Below the pieces are notes generated by a model that was given only the letters and a program-made list of their open reading frames with translations, was not told where the DNA came from and made no database searches. Source: a virus. Taken from it: a stretch of 64,000 nucleotides of DNA. The first letter of the stretch is position 1, and each line of letters begins with the position of its first letter. Location: positions 64,001-128,000 of IMG/VR virus record IMGVR_UViG_3300009553_000019; one strand, written 5' to 3'. The translations under genes and the position numbers were made by a program. Shown in pieces: positions 19,884 through 29,336 of the stretch.

Positions 19884-20669
19884 ATGAAATTGCATTTGGG
19901 TGCTGGAACTTGTCTTAAAGATGGTTGGACGAATGCTGATGTTTGGGTTCCAGATTGTGTCAAGCTGTTTTGGAATCGTTTGAGTAGAGAAGATGAACTT
20001 GGTGAGGCTAGAGTTTGGGTTAAGCCTGGACAAGAATCCGACGTTGCTAATGCTACAAAGTTCGTAAAGCTCAGATCAGCTCAAGATCTCTCAGCTTTTG
20101 AAGCTGGAAGTTGTGATGAGATATATTCAGCGCATTGGATGGAACATTTTCATCCAGCAGTTGCCTACGAATTATTTGGAGAGTTTCAAAGACTACTGAA
20201 GCCAGGGGTTGGAACTATGCTTCATGTGGTCCCAGATTTTGATAGGTTGGTCTACATGTGGCAAGCCATGCACAGTGAATGGGATCTTGAATTTCCTGTT
20301 CAAGCATGGAGAACCGTAGAAGATAATGCCCAAAGGAGGGTGAAAGTGGACACTTATGTTAATCCCTCTACTTTGATGCAGGAGAAATCTGATGAAGAGA
20401 TTAGAGCAGAATCAGCCAAAGAAAAGGCTGAACATCAATCTCGATTAGTCTATGACTATGAACGCTATAATACGATTGTCAACGGTACTTTGTGCCCGTT
20501 CTTATTCTCAAGTGATTATCCACAGCATAAGAGCCTATGGGGAAAGCATCTCGCAACTTTCCTGATGAAACGGTGGGGTTTTGATGATGTCAAAGCTGAA
20601 GTTGTAGGAACTGATTTACACTTTTCAGCTAAGTCTCCTACTGGTATTTATAACACAATCAGACTATGA
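19884..20669 (+). CDS. class I SAM-dependent methyltransferase
   Basis: LHLGAG..GWTNAD, DEIYSAHWMEH, RLLKPG, VPD. Confidence 0.85.
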   Translation: MKLHLGAGTCLKDGWTNADVWVPDCVKLFWNRLSREDELGEARVWVKPGQESDVANATKFVKLRSAQDLSAFEAGSCDEIYSAHWMEHFHPAVAYELFGEFQRLLKPGVGTMLHVVPDFDRLVYMWQAMHSEWDLEFPVQAWRTVEDNAQRRVKVDTYVNPSTLMQEKSDEEIRAESAKEKAEHQSRLVYDYERYNTIVNGTLCPFLFSSDYPQHKSLWGKHLATFLMKRWGFDDVKAEVVGTDLHFSAKSPTGIYNTIRL

Positions 20670-20890
20670 AACCAAAGCATTTAGATCCAGTAACCCTGCT
20701 AAGACTTCGACCGATTGATAGAATGGTTTTAACTGATTTGATAGTCGATATGGAACTGACTCCAGAACAGGTAGTTGCTGAGGCGTTACACCAGTTGATC
20801 ATTAAACGATCAAAAGATAAGGCAAAAGAAATTCGAAAAGTTGTTAAACGTATTAAGCCTAACGTTTCTTACTTGAGTCTGGTTAAGTAA
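20666..20890 (+). CDS. hypothetical protein (possible RHH-like)
   Basis: 74-aa coupled ORF. Confidence 0.5.
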   Translation: MKPKHLDPVTLLRLRPIDRMVLTDLIVDMELTPEQVVAEALHQLIIKRSKDKAKEIRKVVKRIKPNVSYLSLVK

Positions 20891-22653
20891 TGGCTAGCAA
20901 CTCGTCGTATTATCCTGTCATCTTCGTAGATGCTAAGCTTTTGAAGTGTGAGGATATTCTAGGAAAACCTGGAAAATGGTGGTGTTGGTATCACCCGGAC
21001 TCAATCTTTTATCACCCTCATTTGCTTAGTAACGCCTTCACATCTAAAGACCAGCCAGAGCATAGGAAACATTTAGGTATTCCAGAAGAAACCTATGTTC
21101 TGGCGGATTCAGGTGGATTTCAAATTCACCAGAATATGAAGGCTGGTAAGAAGATTGATATCGAGCCATTGGAAATCTTGCGATGGCAGGAACGAAATGG
21201 CGATTGTGCTTTCATCATCGATACCCCAATTGGTGCTGAACACGATGATGCAACTTACGAACAGGGCTTAAAAGATACGATTGACAATGCTCAGTTCTTT
21301 CAGGACAATATGGTTTCTGATAAGCTGAGGATGTTAAACGTTTTGCATGGTCATACTTACGACCGAACTGTTCGGTGGTATGAAGAACTGTCGAAGTTTA
21401 CCTACCGCGGTAAGAATGGTTGGTCAGTAGGTTTTCATCCTTCTGGCGATGTAATGGGGCAGGCTAGGATGATGGGGTTCTTGATGCACATGGGGCATAC
21501 AGGATATACCCACTTTCTAGGAACGTCTGGTTGGAATGTTCAACCCCTGCTAGTATATGGGGCACAGTTCTTTGATCGACTGGTGTATGATAGTTCTTCG
21601 TATGCTTCTGGTTATACCACGAGAACGTATATCATGCCCTATGATGTAGCTAAGGGTGAAGAGCTAACGTTTGGTGATAGGTTACAATCATGGCATGGGT
21701 TGAAGAAACCACCTTGTTCATGTCCAGTCTGTACCCACATTCTGGAGAATGGTTATGACTTTAGCACTGCGATGAGACACCCTCAAGCGGGTGGTCATGT
21801 CATTTCTATGCACAACCTGTGTTTAATGATTGAGCGCCACAAGAAGTTAGAAGCTCTTCGTGACGACAAGCATAGGTATTTCAAGTATGTTCAAGATCAT
21901 TGCAGTAAGGCATCGTTTATGGCTTTGCATTACATCGATGATTGTCGATCAATGGGTTATTTAGCTGCTACTGAACGTTATGCAAAGTTGTTTCAAAGGA
22001 CTGTTGTCAGCCAAGTTCAAGCAGAGTTTGACTCACTTTTTGTTCAACCAAGCAAGTTAAAAGAGCAGGCTGCAATTAGAGATGATACCCCAGCACCACC
22101 AAAGATCAGTAAAAAGACAGGCTTACCACGTAAGGTGAAGGTTAAGCCACCAAAAGGGCCAAAGCTGGTGGGCTCGATTTCTTTTTCAGACATTCCTGCG
22201 ATTCAAGCTCTGGCAACTCAACTTAATACTGATCTTATCAATGGTTCATCAGAAGTTACTGATCAGGAAGTTGTTAGCGGACTTAGTCCTGTCGTACCAG
22301 CTCCAGAAGAGCTGCAAGAAGAAAGTCTAACTCTCCCTTGCCCAACGTCAGATACTGTAGAAACAAAAGATGTTGATACTGAGCCAGTAAAAGATAATTC
22401 AGCAATCTTCGATCACCATTTAATCGAGATTCCCAAGGCTCCAAAGGTCCCGAAAGTATTATTAACTGAGCCAAAACAACCTAAGGTAAAGAAGACGTCT
22501 AAGCCTCAGATGTTGGATTTATCTGGTATGCAAGAAGTTCATTTAGATGTAGTAGTAGAGAAACCAGAATGTTTTGGAACTCATGAACCTGGAATCTGTA
22601 CAGGTGAGTTTTGTCAGACAGTTTACGAAGAATGTAAGGGAATCAATCAGTGA
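20890..22653 (+). CDS. TGT/DpdA-family guanine transglycosylase with low-complexity, Cys-tipped C-terminal tail
   Basis: LADSGGFQ, VLHG, HFLG, YDSSSY, Zn site CSCPVC..HN. Confidence 0.85.
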   Translation: MASNSSYYPVIFVDAKLLKCEDILGKPGKWWCWYHPDSIFYHPHLLSNAFTSKDQPEHRKHLGIPEETYVLADSGGFQIHQNMKAGKKIDIEPLEILRWQERNGDCAFIIDTPIGAEHDDATYEQGLKDTIDNAQFFQDNMVSDKLRMLNVLHGHTYDRTVRWYEELSKFTYRGKNGWSVGFHPSGDVMGQARMMGFLMHMGHTGYTHFLGTSGWNVQPLLVYGAQFFDRLVYDSSSYASGYTTRTYIMPYDVAKGEELTFGDRLQSWHGLKKPPCSCPVCTHILENGYDFSTAMRHPQAGGHVISMHNLCLMIERHKKLEALRDDKHRYFKYVQDHCSKASFMALHYIDDCRSMGYLAATERYAKLFQRTVVSQVQAEFDSLFVQPSKLKEQAAIRDDTPAPPKISKKTGLPRKVKVKPPKGPKLVGSISFSDIPAIQALATQLNTDLINGSSEVTDQEVVSGLSPVVPAPEELQEESLTLPCPTSDTVETKDVDTEPVKDNSAIFDHHLIEIPKAPKVPKVLLTEPKQPKVKKTSKPQMLDLSGMQEVHLDVVVEKPECFGTHEPGICTGEFCQTVYEECKGINQ

Positions 22654-23237
22654 AACACGTTTACAATAAAGCGCAATGTGAAGCAGGTATCGATCTTCTC
22701 CTAAAGGGGCTGGGGGTGGATCTAGAAGATGATAATTTCACTGAAACTCCCGCTAGAGTTGCTAGAGCTTTTAGGGAGCTTTGTTCGGGACTGTATATAG
22801 AGACTGATGATATTGCAAAAATCTTTGGAAAGACTTTTGATTCACCCTACAAGGGCATTATCCAGGTCGGTCCTGTAATTGCTCATGGTGTTTGTCCACA
22901 TCATCTTTTGCCTGTAGAAATTGAAGCCGTTTTGGCTTATCTACCAAGGGATAAGAAACTTGGACTCTCAAAGTTAGCCCGAGCAATTAAAATGTTTGCT
23001 GCTAGACCAGCTATGCAGGAAACTGTTTCGCATGATCTGGTAGAAGCATTCGTTAAGTATGTCGATCCTTTGGGTGTAGCTCTTTACATGAATGGTAAGC
23101 ATAACTGTATGACTTGCCGAGGTATTTTGCAGACTCAAAGCACTGCGATTACCTTAGATGTCAGAGGTCTGTTTGAGACTGATCCAGGTGTGAAGACTGA
23201 ATTTCAACGACTTCTTAGCCAACAGTTGAGGAAGTGA
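22650..23237 (+). CDS. folE: GTP cyclohydrolase I
   Basis: ETPARVAR, CPHHLLP, GLSKLAR, MQE, HNCMTCRG. Confidence 0.95.
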   Translation: MKHVYNKAQCEAGIDLLLKGLGVDLEDDNFTETPARVARAFRELCSGLYIETDDIAKIFGKTFDSPYKGIIQVGPVIAHGVCPHHLLPVEIEAVLAYLPRDKKLGLSKLARAIKMFAARPAMQETVSHDLVEAFVKYVDPLGVALYMNGKHNCMTCRGILQTQSTAITLDVRGLFETDPGVKTEFQRLLSQQLRK

Positions 23238-23500
23238 TGCCTGATCTATCTGATGGTTTTAAACCTTACGAGACTACTGTTCTTTGTCCTACTTGTGAGA
23301 AGCAACCAATGATGTGTCGAGCTCAGTATCGACATGGTACTGCGGTTGAAAGACAGTTAGTTTGTAAAAACCCTGACTGTGGAGCTGTGTCACAAGATCT
23401 TTATGATCCAGCTTCAAAAAGGGTTGTATTCAACAAGCAGATGGATAGTGATGCAAACTTTCCCAATCGAACTCAACCTAAGAAGTCGAAGTCTGAGTAA
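23234..23500 (+). CDS. Zn-ribbon protein
   Basis: CPTC..CKNPDCG. Confidence 0.55.
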   Translation: MMPDLSDGFKPYETTVLCPTCEKQPMMCRAQYRHGTAVERQLVCKNPDCGAVSQDLYDPASKRVVFNKQMDSDANFPNRTQPKKSKSE

Positions 23501-25686
23501 TGCAGCAAGATCATAAATGGTTGAATGCTGGAGCTACTAAGAAGTTCACCTTAGTTGATTCCCCAAAGAAGCTTCATTGGTTGTTTTCAGTATTAGGGAA
23601 CTCATCTGACACCTCAGTAGATATTGAAACCAACCACCCCACTTCGGATAGTGCTCCCAAGTTTCCCCGATCTGATGTAGTAATTGGTGGTATGTCGTTT
23701 AGTTGGGCAACCAATGAAGCTGCATACCTACCATTGTATACTGGTATCGATAAGAACACTACCTGGAAGGATCCCAGGGTTTTCAATCTTGTCAAAGAGA
23801 AGCTGAGGAATTTTTTAGAAGACGACAATAGCGAGAAGAGTGGTCAGAATTTTAAGTTCGATATGACCTGGATTTGGGAGGTTTTGAAGATAAAGGTAAG
23901 AGGTTTTACCTTTGACACCATGCTGGCTCATCATCTTTTGGATGAGGAAGGCATTCTGACTTGTCGTCATGGCTTAAAACCCATGGCTGCGTATTACCTA
24001 GATCCAAAAGCAAATCAGTACGAGCAAGATCTACAAAAAGCTCTTGAGTATTACGACCCAAAGTATAGACGGTATACAGCAATCCCCACTGATATTCTGT
24101 ATCCCTACGCTTGTGGCGACGCTGATTACACTAGACAGCTTAAACCAATCTTCTATCAGCAGATGGAGGAACAGGGGTTATTAGATCTATTTTACGATTA
24201 TACGATGCAAATCCAGCAATCAACGATGCTGGCAGAAATTGCTGGATTGCCAATCGATTTGTCACGTTTGGATGAACTTGACAAGTTTTACATCAATCGT
24301 AAAGCTGAGCTTGAGCTTCAAATTCATGAAGCTGCTGGTCAGAAATTTGATGTTACTAGCCCACAGCAACTTGCAGACATTCTCTACAACAAACTAGGGT
24401 TACCAATACAGAAGAGTAAGAAAAACACTATCACCACAGATAAGGAAGCTCTTCAAAATCTAAAGGGGCAGCATCCAATCATTGAGTTGATGATTGAGTC
24501 TAGATCCGTTGAGAAGCTTCATGGGAGCTATGTCATTGGTATCAGAGATCGGTATGATGAGAAGACTGTCAGAATTCATCCTCGATTTTTGATTCATGGT
24601 ACAAAGACTGGTCGACTTGCATCTGAGGATCCTAACGTTCAGAATATGCCACGACCAGAAAATGGCGGAACTCTTATTAAGAGTATGTTTATACCACCGG
24701 CTGGGTTCAAGCTTATAACTGCAGATTATTCTCAGATCGAGCTTAGAATAGCTGCACATGTTAGTAAAGAACCTGCCTGGATCTTAGCATTTAAAAATGA
24801 CGAAGATTTGCATTCAGCGACTGCTAAAACCTGTTTTAAGCTTGATTGTGATGTTGACGATGTAAAGAAGTTACATGCGCCAATTAGGACAAAAGCGAAG
24901 GGAGTTAACTTTGGGGTACTATACGGTAGTACGGAGTATGGTCTAGCAGAAAGCCTTGGTATTTCTGTTGATGAGGCAAGGGAGTTCTTAGCCAACTACT
25001 TTAAAGGCTTGCCGACTCTAGCAAACTGGATTGACAGTACCCACAAGATGTCAGTCGAGTTGGGTTATGTTGTTAGCCCTATTGGTAGAAGAAGGCGATT
25101 GCCAGATGCACAGTTGTGGGTACCACCTAAGGTTTACAAACCACAAGGTGCCCCAAAGTGTTTTGGGGATACTAAAGAGAGTCCTTCAGTTCCATTGTTC
25201 AAAGAGCATTACAATCGTATTGATCTTAAAGAGTCTCTACCAATGTTTCAAGAGACTTCGATATTTCAGCAGCAGACTAGCTCTTTAAGAAACAGGAAGT
25301 TTGAGAAGTGTCAAACCTGTCCATTGATTGGTCAGTGCATATTAGCAGTAGAGCAGAATCGACGGAAGAGAAAAGTCGATGAAGCTATGCGGCAGGGACC
25401 AAATGCAATCATCCAAGGTTTTGCTTCTGACCTTGCCTGTAAAGCGTTTACTGACGTCATTGTTGAAGCTAAGCGTCATGAGATACCTTTGGTATTGAAA
25501 TCTGAGGATGGTGATGGTATTCAACCTGCATTGTTGGTTCATGACGACATAGGATTTTTCGCGGCAGATAGATATGTAGAACCAGCAACCAGGCTAATTA
25601 AAGACACCATGGAAAACGCATACCCAGAATGTCTCGTACCCTTGATAGCAGAACCAGCAGTATCTGAAAGATGGTCAGACAAATGA
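23500..25686 (+). CDS. polA: family A DNA polymerase (3'-5' exonuclease + polymerase) with Cys-rich insertion
   Basis: DIET, QNFKFD, YACGDAD; TGRLAS..PNVQN, DYSQIELR, KGVNFGVLYG, NAIIQG, VHDD. Confidence 0.95.
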   Translation: MQQDHKWLNAGATKKFTLVDSPKKLHWLFSVLGNSSDTSVDIETNHPTSDSAPKFPRSDVVIGGMSFSWATNEAAYLPLYTGIDKNTTWKDPRVFNLVKEKLRNFLEDDNSEKSGQNFKFDMTWIWEVLKIKVRGFTFDTMLAHHLLDEEGILTCRHGLKPMAAYYLDPKANQYEQDLQKALEYYDPKYRRYTAIPTDILYPYACGDADYTRQLKPIFYQQMEEQGLLDLFYDYTMQIQQSTMLAEIAGLPIDLSRLDELDKFYINRKAELELQIHEAAGQKFDVTSPQQLADILYNKLGLPIQKSKKNTITTDKEALQNLKGQHPIIELMIESRSVEKLHGSYVIGIRDRYDEKTVRIHPRFLIHGTKTGRLASEDPNVQNMPRPENGGTLIKSMFIPPAGFKLITADYSQIELRIAAHVSKEPAWILAFKNDEDLHSATAKTCFKLDCDVDDVKKLHAPIRTKAKGVNFGVLYGSTEYGLAESLGISVDEAREFLANYFKGLPTLANWIDSTHKMSVELGYVVSPIGRRRRLPDAQLWVPPKVYKPQGAPKCFGDTKESPSVPLFKEHYNRIDLKESLPMFQETSIFQQQTSSLRNRKFEKCQTCPLIGQCILAVEQNRRKRKVDEAMRQGPNAIIQGFASDLACKAFTDVIVEAKRHEIPLVLKSEDGDGIQPALLVHDDIGFFAADRYVEPATRLIKDTMENAYPECLVPLIAEPAVSERWSDK

Positions 25687-25847
25687 TTAGAATGACTAGA
25701 GTTCGTTTAGAAGATTCAGTGATAAAGAAGCTTGATGCTCTGGTAAAGAAGCAAAATTTGTCATCGAATCTTGTCCAGAAATACCGCAAGCTAAAGATAA
25801 CTCGATCAGATGTGACTAGATATTTGATTGAATCAGGTTTAAAATGA
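25683..25847 (+). CDS. ribbon-helix-helix protein (54 aa, not in ORF track)
   Basis: MIRMTRVRLEDSVIKKLDALV...TRSDVTRYLIESGLK; ATGA-coupled at both ends. Confidence 0.7.
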   Translation: MIRMTRVRLEDSVIKKLDALVKKQNLSSNLVQKYRKLKITRSDVTRYLIESGLK

Positions 25848-26321
25848 TTGTTGGTATTACAGCTTCAAGACGGTTTAAATCAATTGACAGTCAATTGATT
25901 GATTCGAAAATTCTTGATTTGGTTATTGCTCCTAACGTAAATGAGATAGTTTTTGGTGGTGCTAAAGGTGGGGATACAATAGCGCTTAAAGCAGCTTTGT
26001 TACATCGAGCTGGTTTATATCGACCTGGAGCTAAGCCATCGATACCAAAATTAGTGGTTATTGTCCCTGACGTGGTCAGGTCTCAACCACCAGAGACGTG
26101 GGCAATAACTGAACGAGCTGACGAGGTTGTTGAACTGCATTTGCCAATTATAAAAGATGATGGTTGGCTAGCATATCGTAAGCGTAATGAAGCTATAGTT
26201 GATCGCTGCAATCGGATGGTTGCATTTTGGACCGGTAGTTATTAATTCAGGTACTTACCAATGCATCCGTTACACAGAGAAACAGAACAAACCTGTTGAG
26301 GTGGTTCGATTACAACCCTGA
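25844..26321 (+). pseudogene. SLOG (DprA/YpsA-like) protein interrupted by a +1 frameshift
   Basis: GITASR, GGAKGGD, RNEAIVD..AFWTG then TAA at 26243; the expected SGT..C..Y..KPV continues in the +1 frame to TGA 26321. Confidence 0.7.
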
Positions 26322-26992
26322 AGCCAAAACTTCGAAAAAAGTCTCGTAAGTGGCCAAAATCTACAGTAGCGAAGATTATCTATCTTTGGCTACAAAGAGT
26401 AGAACTAGCTGGTGAACCATTTCCGCTTACTTATGCCGAGTTGTCAAATAGGATTAAACTTGGACTACCATTAGTTTTCTCAACAATTATTGAACTTGAA
26501 ACTGACGGGTTGGTTGGTAGGCGTCCTGATGGTGGGATCTATCCAATTAAAACACCTATTGGAGCAGTAATACCAATAGTTGAATTTCGTTGTCGTATTT
26601 GCGATTCACCAGAACATAATATTCTTACCTGTCCAAAAGTTGTTGATAAGAAAAAAGCTAAGCAAGCCAGGCTCGAGGCAAAAGAGAAGGCTAAAGCAGA
26701 AGCTGATAGATTGAAGCAACAAAAGCTAGCAGATCGATTAGCAGCGAAGCAAGCTAAAGCAGAAGCTGATAGATTGAAGCAACAAAAGCTAGCAGATAGA
26801 TTTGTGATTAAGGTAGACGACCAAAATCCTGTTTTCCAGAAGAGCGGTAAGTATTGTGGTTACTGCGCAGGCCTCTGTGATAGGCGATCAAAGCCTTTTT
26901 GTAAAGGTTGTAAAGAACCTTACGCTGAACGTGGTAAAGAAGAGCTTGAAGTTTACAAAATGTCGAATATTGCATATTCAGCAGAGTCATGA
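26318..26992 (+). CDS. winged-HTH + CCHC zinc knuckle + C4 zinc protein (likely CTG start)
   Basis: Frame open from 26300; HTH LTYAELSNRIKL..IIELETDGLV, CRICDSPEHNILTC, CGYC..CKGC. Confidence 0.6.
   Translation: MKPKLRKKSRKWPKSTVAKIIYLWLQRVELAGEPFPLTYAELSNRIKLGLPLVFSTIIELETDGLVGRRPDGGIYPIKTPIGAVIPIVEFRCRICDSPEHNILTCPKVVDKKKAKQARLEAKEKAKAEADRLKQQKLADRLAAKQAKAEADRLKQQKLADRFVIKVDDQNPVFQKSGKYCGYCAGLCDRRSKPFCKGCKEPYAERGKEELEVYKMSNIAYSAES
26690..26797 (+). repeat. 45-bp perfect direct repeat, 63-bp period (AKAEADRLKQQKLAD x2)
   Basis: Copies at 26690-26734 and 26753-26797. Confidence 0.9.
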
Positions 26993-27075
26993 AATCTACT
27001 GCTTTACAAGATTGAATTTGTTGTTGTTAATAAGATAGCAGATGAATCTGAACCTAAGGTAAAGACAGGTTAATA

Positions 27076-27687
27076 ATGCATTTTCACTATGATTCAGTGA
27101 TAGTTGATATCGATGGGACACTAACTATTGGAGAGAGGTTGGCAAGGAATGAACATTATGGCCAACACTCTGACTGCCCAGCTTGCCAGACAAATCTTTG
27201 TCTTAGAGGTTGTGGGAGAAACTTAGGGCCTTACGAAGAATGTTCATGTGACTTAGAACCCACTGATGCTTATGTAACTCAATCCAGGATTAGGTGGGAT
27301 GAGTTTTACAAAGCAGCATCAGCTGATAAACCACAAACAAAAGCTTTAGACTTTGTTACGACCCTACATGAAAATATTCGTAACTTTTACTATCTTACAG
27401 GTAGGCCAAGTGCTCAAGGTAGTGTGAATGTTCGACAGCTAACAGTGGATTGGCTAATTCAGCATGGTTTTCCTTTTGTTGGTGAGGATCGACTGTTGAT
27501 GCGGCCAGTTGATTCGTATGGCAAATCAAGTGAGGTTAAGAGGGAGATTTTAGTTCCCCTATTACCTCAACTTGGAAAGCATGTTTTAGCTATTGATGAC
27601 GAGGATAACAACCTCAAGATGTTTCACGAACTTGGCTTCACTACTATGAAGAGTCCTTATTGCTGGGAAAGAATTAGCTTGGTATAA
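27076..27687 (+). CDS. HAD-family phosphatase (PNK 3'-phosphatase-like) with Cys insertion
   Basis: VDIDGTL, LTGRP, LLMRP, K, AIDD. Confidence 0.85.
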   Translation: MHFHYDSVIVDIDGTLTIGERLARNEHYGQHSDCPACQTNLCLRGCGRNLGPYEECSCDLEPTDAYVTQSRIRWDEFYKAASADKPQTKALDFVTTLHENIRNFYYLTGRPSAQGSVNVRQLTVDWLIQHGFPFVGEDRLLMRPVDSYGKSSEVKREILVPLLPQLGKHVLAIDDEDNNLKMFHELGFTTMKSPYCWERISLV

Positions 27688-27700
27688 TAGCTAAGCTAGA

Positions 27701-28843
27701 ATGTTCCAAGCATCAGCAATTCGGTACAGACCACAGAGATTTTCAGAAGTTTTAGGTCAAGCGGCTACTGTCAGAATACTACAAAACGCTGTTTGTGAAA
27801 ACAGAATTGCAAACGCTTTTTTATTCTGTGGTCCTAGAGGGACTGGTAAAACATCTCTAGCTAGGTTGTTAGCTAAGGTTCTCAACTGCGACGATCTTCC
27901 AAGGCAGTTGAAAGAAGGGGTTAAAAAACCTGAGCCTTGTGGAACTTGCGGAGAATGTCAAGATCTAGTAAAGGGTGCCAGCACTGAAACGATTGAGATG
28001 GATGCAGCATCTCATCGAGGCATTGACGATGCTAAGGCACTTCGTTCAATAGCTGATCAGATGCCAAAGCCAGGCAAGTGGCGTATTGTCATATTGGACG
28101 AATGTCACATGCTTACGAACGAAGCACAAAACGCTTTACTAGCTCTATTTGAATCTCCACCAACTAGTTTTTTACCAATTCTTTGCACTACGGATCCACA
28201 ACAGGTAAAACCTACAATTAAGTCTAGGTGTCAGACTTACAATATCAAACCCCTTCCACCAATCAATGTAGAAGAAAGTTTGAAGAGGATTTTTGCTGAT
28301 GCTAAGCAACCTGTACAACAAGAGGTTGTAACATCGTTAGCAATTAGTTCTGAGGGTTCTTTAAGAGATGTGCAACAGGTAGCGGACCAGTTAATTGCTT
28401 GTGCTAATGGTGAGCTAATAGATTCTGAACTGTTTGAGGCAGTAACAGGTTACCCATCAATTCTGCTCTATAAACGAGTAGCTGGTGCTTTGATTGAGGG
28501 GATGTCTGATCCAGCCATCTGGTATGAAAGCGTTGATGAGTGGTGGAGAGAAGGGGTAAACTTCCACTCACTTTTCTATACAGTACTGACAACCTTAACT
28601 AGAGATTTTCGGATAGCTCTGGTCAGTAAGGGTAAATCAGCTCCGTGTGTACCTTATTGGAGTGGGATTCCCCACCAGGTGTTTGAAGATCGAATGACGT
28701 TGACTCATAACCATCTCGATGCTATGATTCAATCTTGGGACGAGACTGTTAAGATGTTTGGAAAGGTTTCTGAACGAGCGGATATAGAGGGTTGGTTTAT
28801 TAGAGCTTGGGATCAATGTAGATGGGAACAGAAACATGGATAA
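27701..28843 (+). CDS. dnaX: DNA polymerase III gamma/tau-like clamp loader
   Basis: RYRPQRF, GPRGTGKTS, CGTCGEC, EMDAAS, LDECHML, SRC, GSLRD. Confidence 0.93.
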   Translation: MFQASAIRYRPQRFSEVLGQAATVRILQNAVCENRIANAFLFCGPRGTGKTSLARLLAKVLNCDDLPRQLKEGVKKPEPCGTCGECQDLVKGASTETIEMDAASHRGIDDAKALRSIADQMPKPGKWRIVILDECHMLTNEAQNALLALFESPPTSFLPILCTTDPQQVKPTIKSRCQTYNIKPLPPINVEESLKRIFADAKQPVQQEVVTSLAISSEGSLRDVQQVADQLIACANGELIDSELFEAVTGYPSILLYKRVAGALIEGMSDPAIWYESVDEWWREGVNFHSLFYTVLTTLTRDFRIALVSKGKSAPCVPYWSGIPHQVFEDRMTLTHNHLDAMIQSWDETVKMFGKVSERADIEGWFIRAWDQCRWEQKHG

Positions 28844-29147
28844 GCGGGATAAAGAGATTGTAATTCATTCAATTGGTGGGTTGGTTTTTGGGGTGTTTAT
28901 TTCAAGTATCATATGGCATGGGTACGTTAGCAGTAACCAAATCACTCTGAATGGGAAAATCGATAGACAGAATTGGGAAATCGATTACTTGAAGGCGGAA
29001 CTGACTTTCAAAAATGAAATTAAGTTTGCTCTTGACAACAACATTCTAGGGTTTTCATGTCACGTAAATGAATGCTCTGGTATTCTTAACGATAAGCCAG
29101 TAGCATGGAAATGTACTTCCGAATCTTGCAAATTTGAGTGCAAGTGA
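28836..29147 (+). CDS. membrane-anchored hypothetical protein
   Basis: N-terminal hydrophobic helix, C-terminal Cys pairs. Confidence 0.55.
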   Translation: MDKRDKEIVIHSIGGLVFGVFISSIIWHGYVSSNQITLNGKIDRQNWEIDYLKAELTFKNEIKFALDNNILGFSCHVNECSGILNDKPVAWKCTSESCKFECK

Positions 29148-29336
29148 GTGCGTCTTCCAACCCCGCTTCAGATACGTTGCCCAGTCCCAGTTTGTCGATT
29201 TGAGTGGATGAGATGCAGGGGTGGGACTCTGAAGAAATCTGGTGAGTTGGTCAGGAAGTACGTATGTCCTGCTTGTGGAGAAACAGAAATTGTGAAACGA
29301 TTCGAAGCAGTTCCAAACTTTAAAAAGAGGTTGTGA
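29148..29336 (+). CDS. Zn-ribbon protein
   Basis: CPVPVC..CPACG. Confidence 0.5.
   Translation: MRLPTPLQIRCPVPVCRFEWMRCRGGTLKKSGELVRKYVCPACGETEIVKRFEAVPNFKKRL

Noticed and set aside
25114-25360. Intein or intron in polA
   Set aside because: The insert is short and in frame, lacks C/S start and HN-C/S/T end splice motifs, and has no homing nuclease
26243-26245. Stop-codon reassignment
   Set aside because: TAA, TAG and TGA all end genes normally, and the SLOG continuation is in another frame
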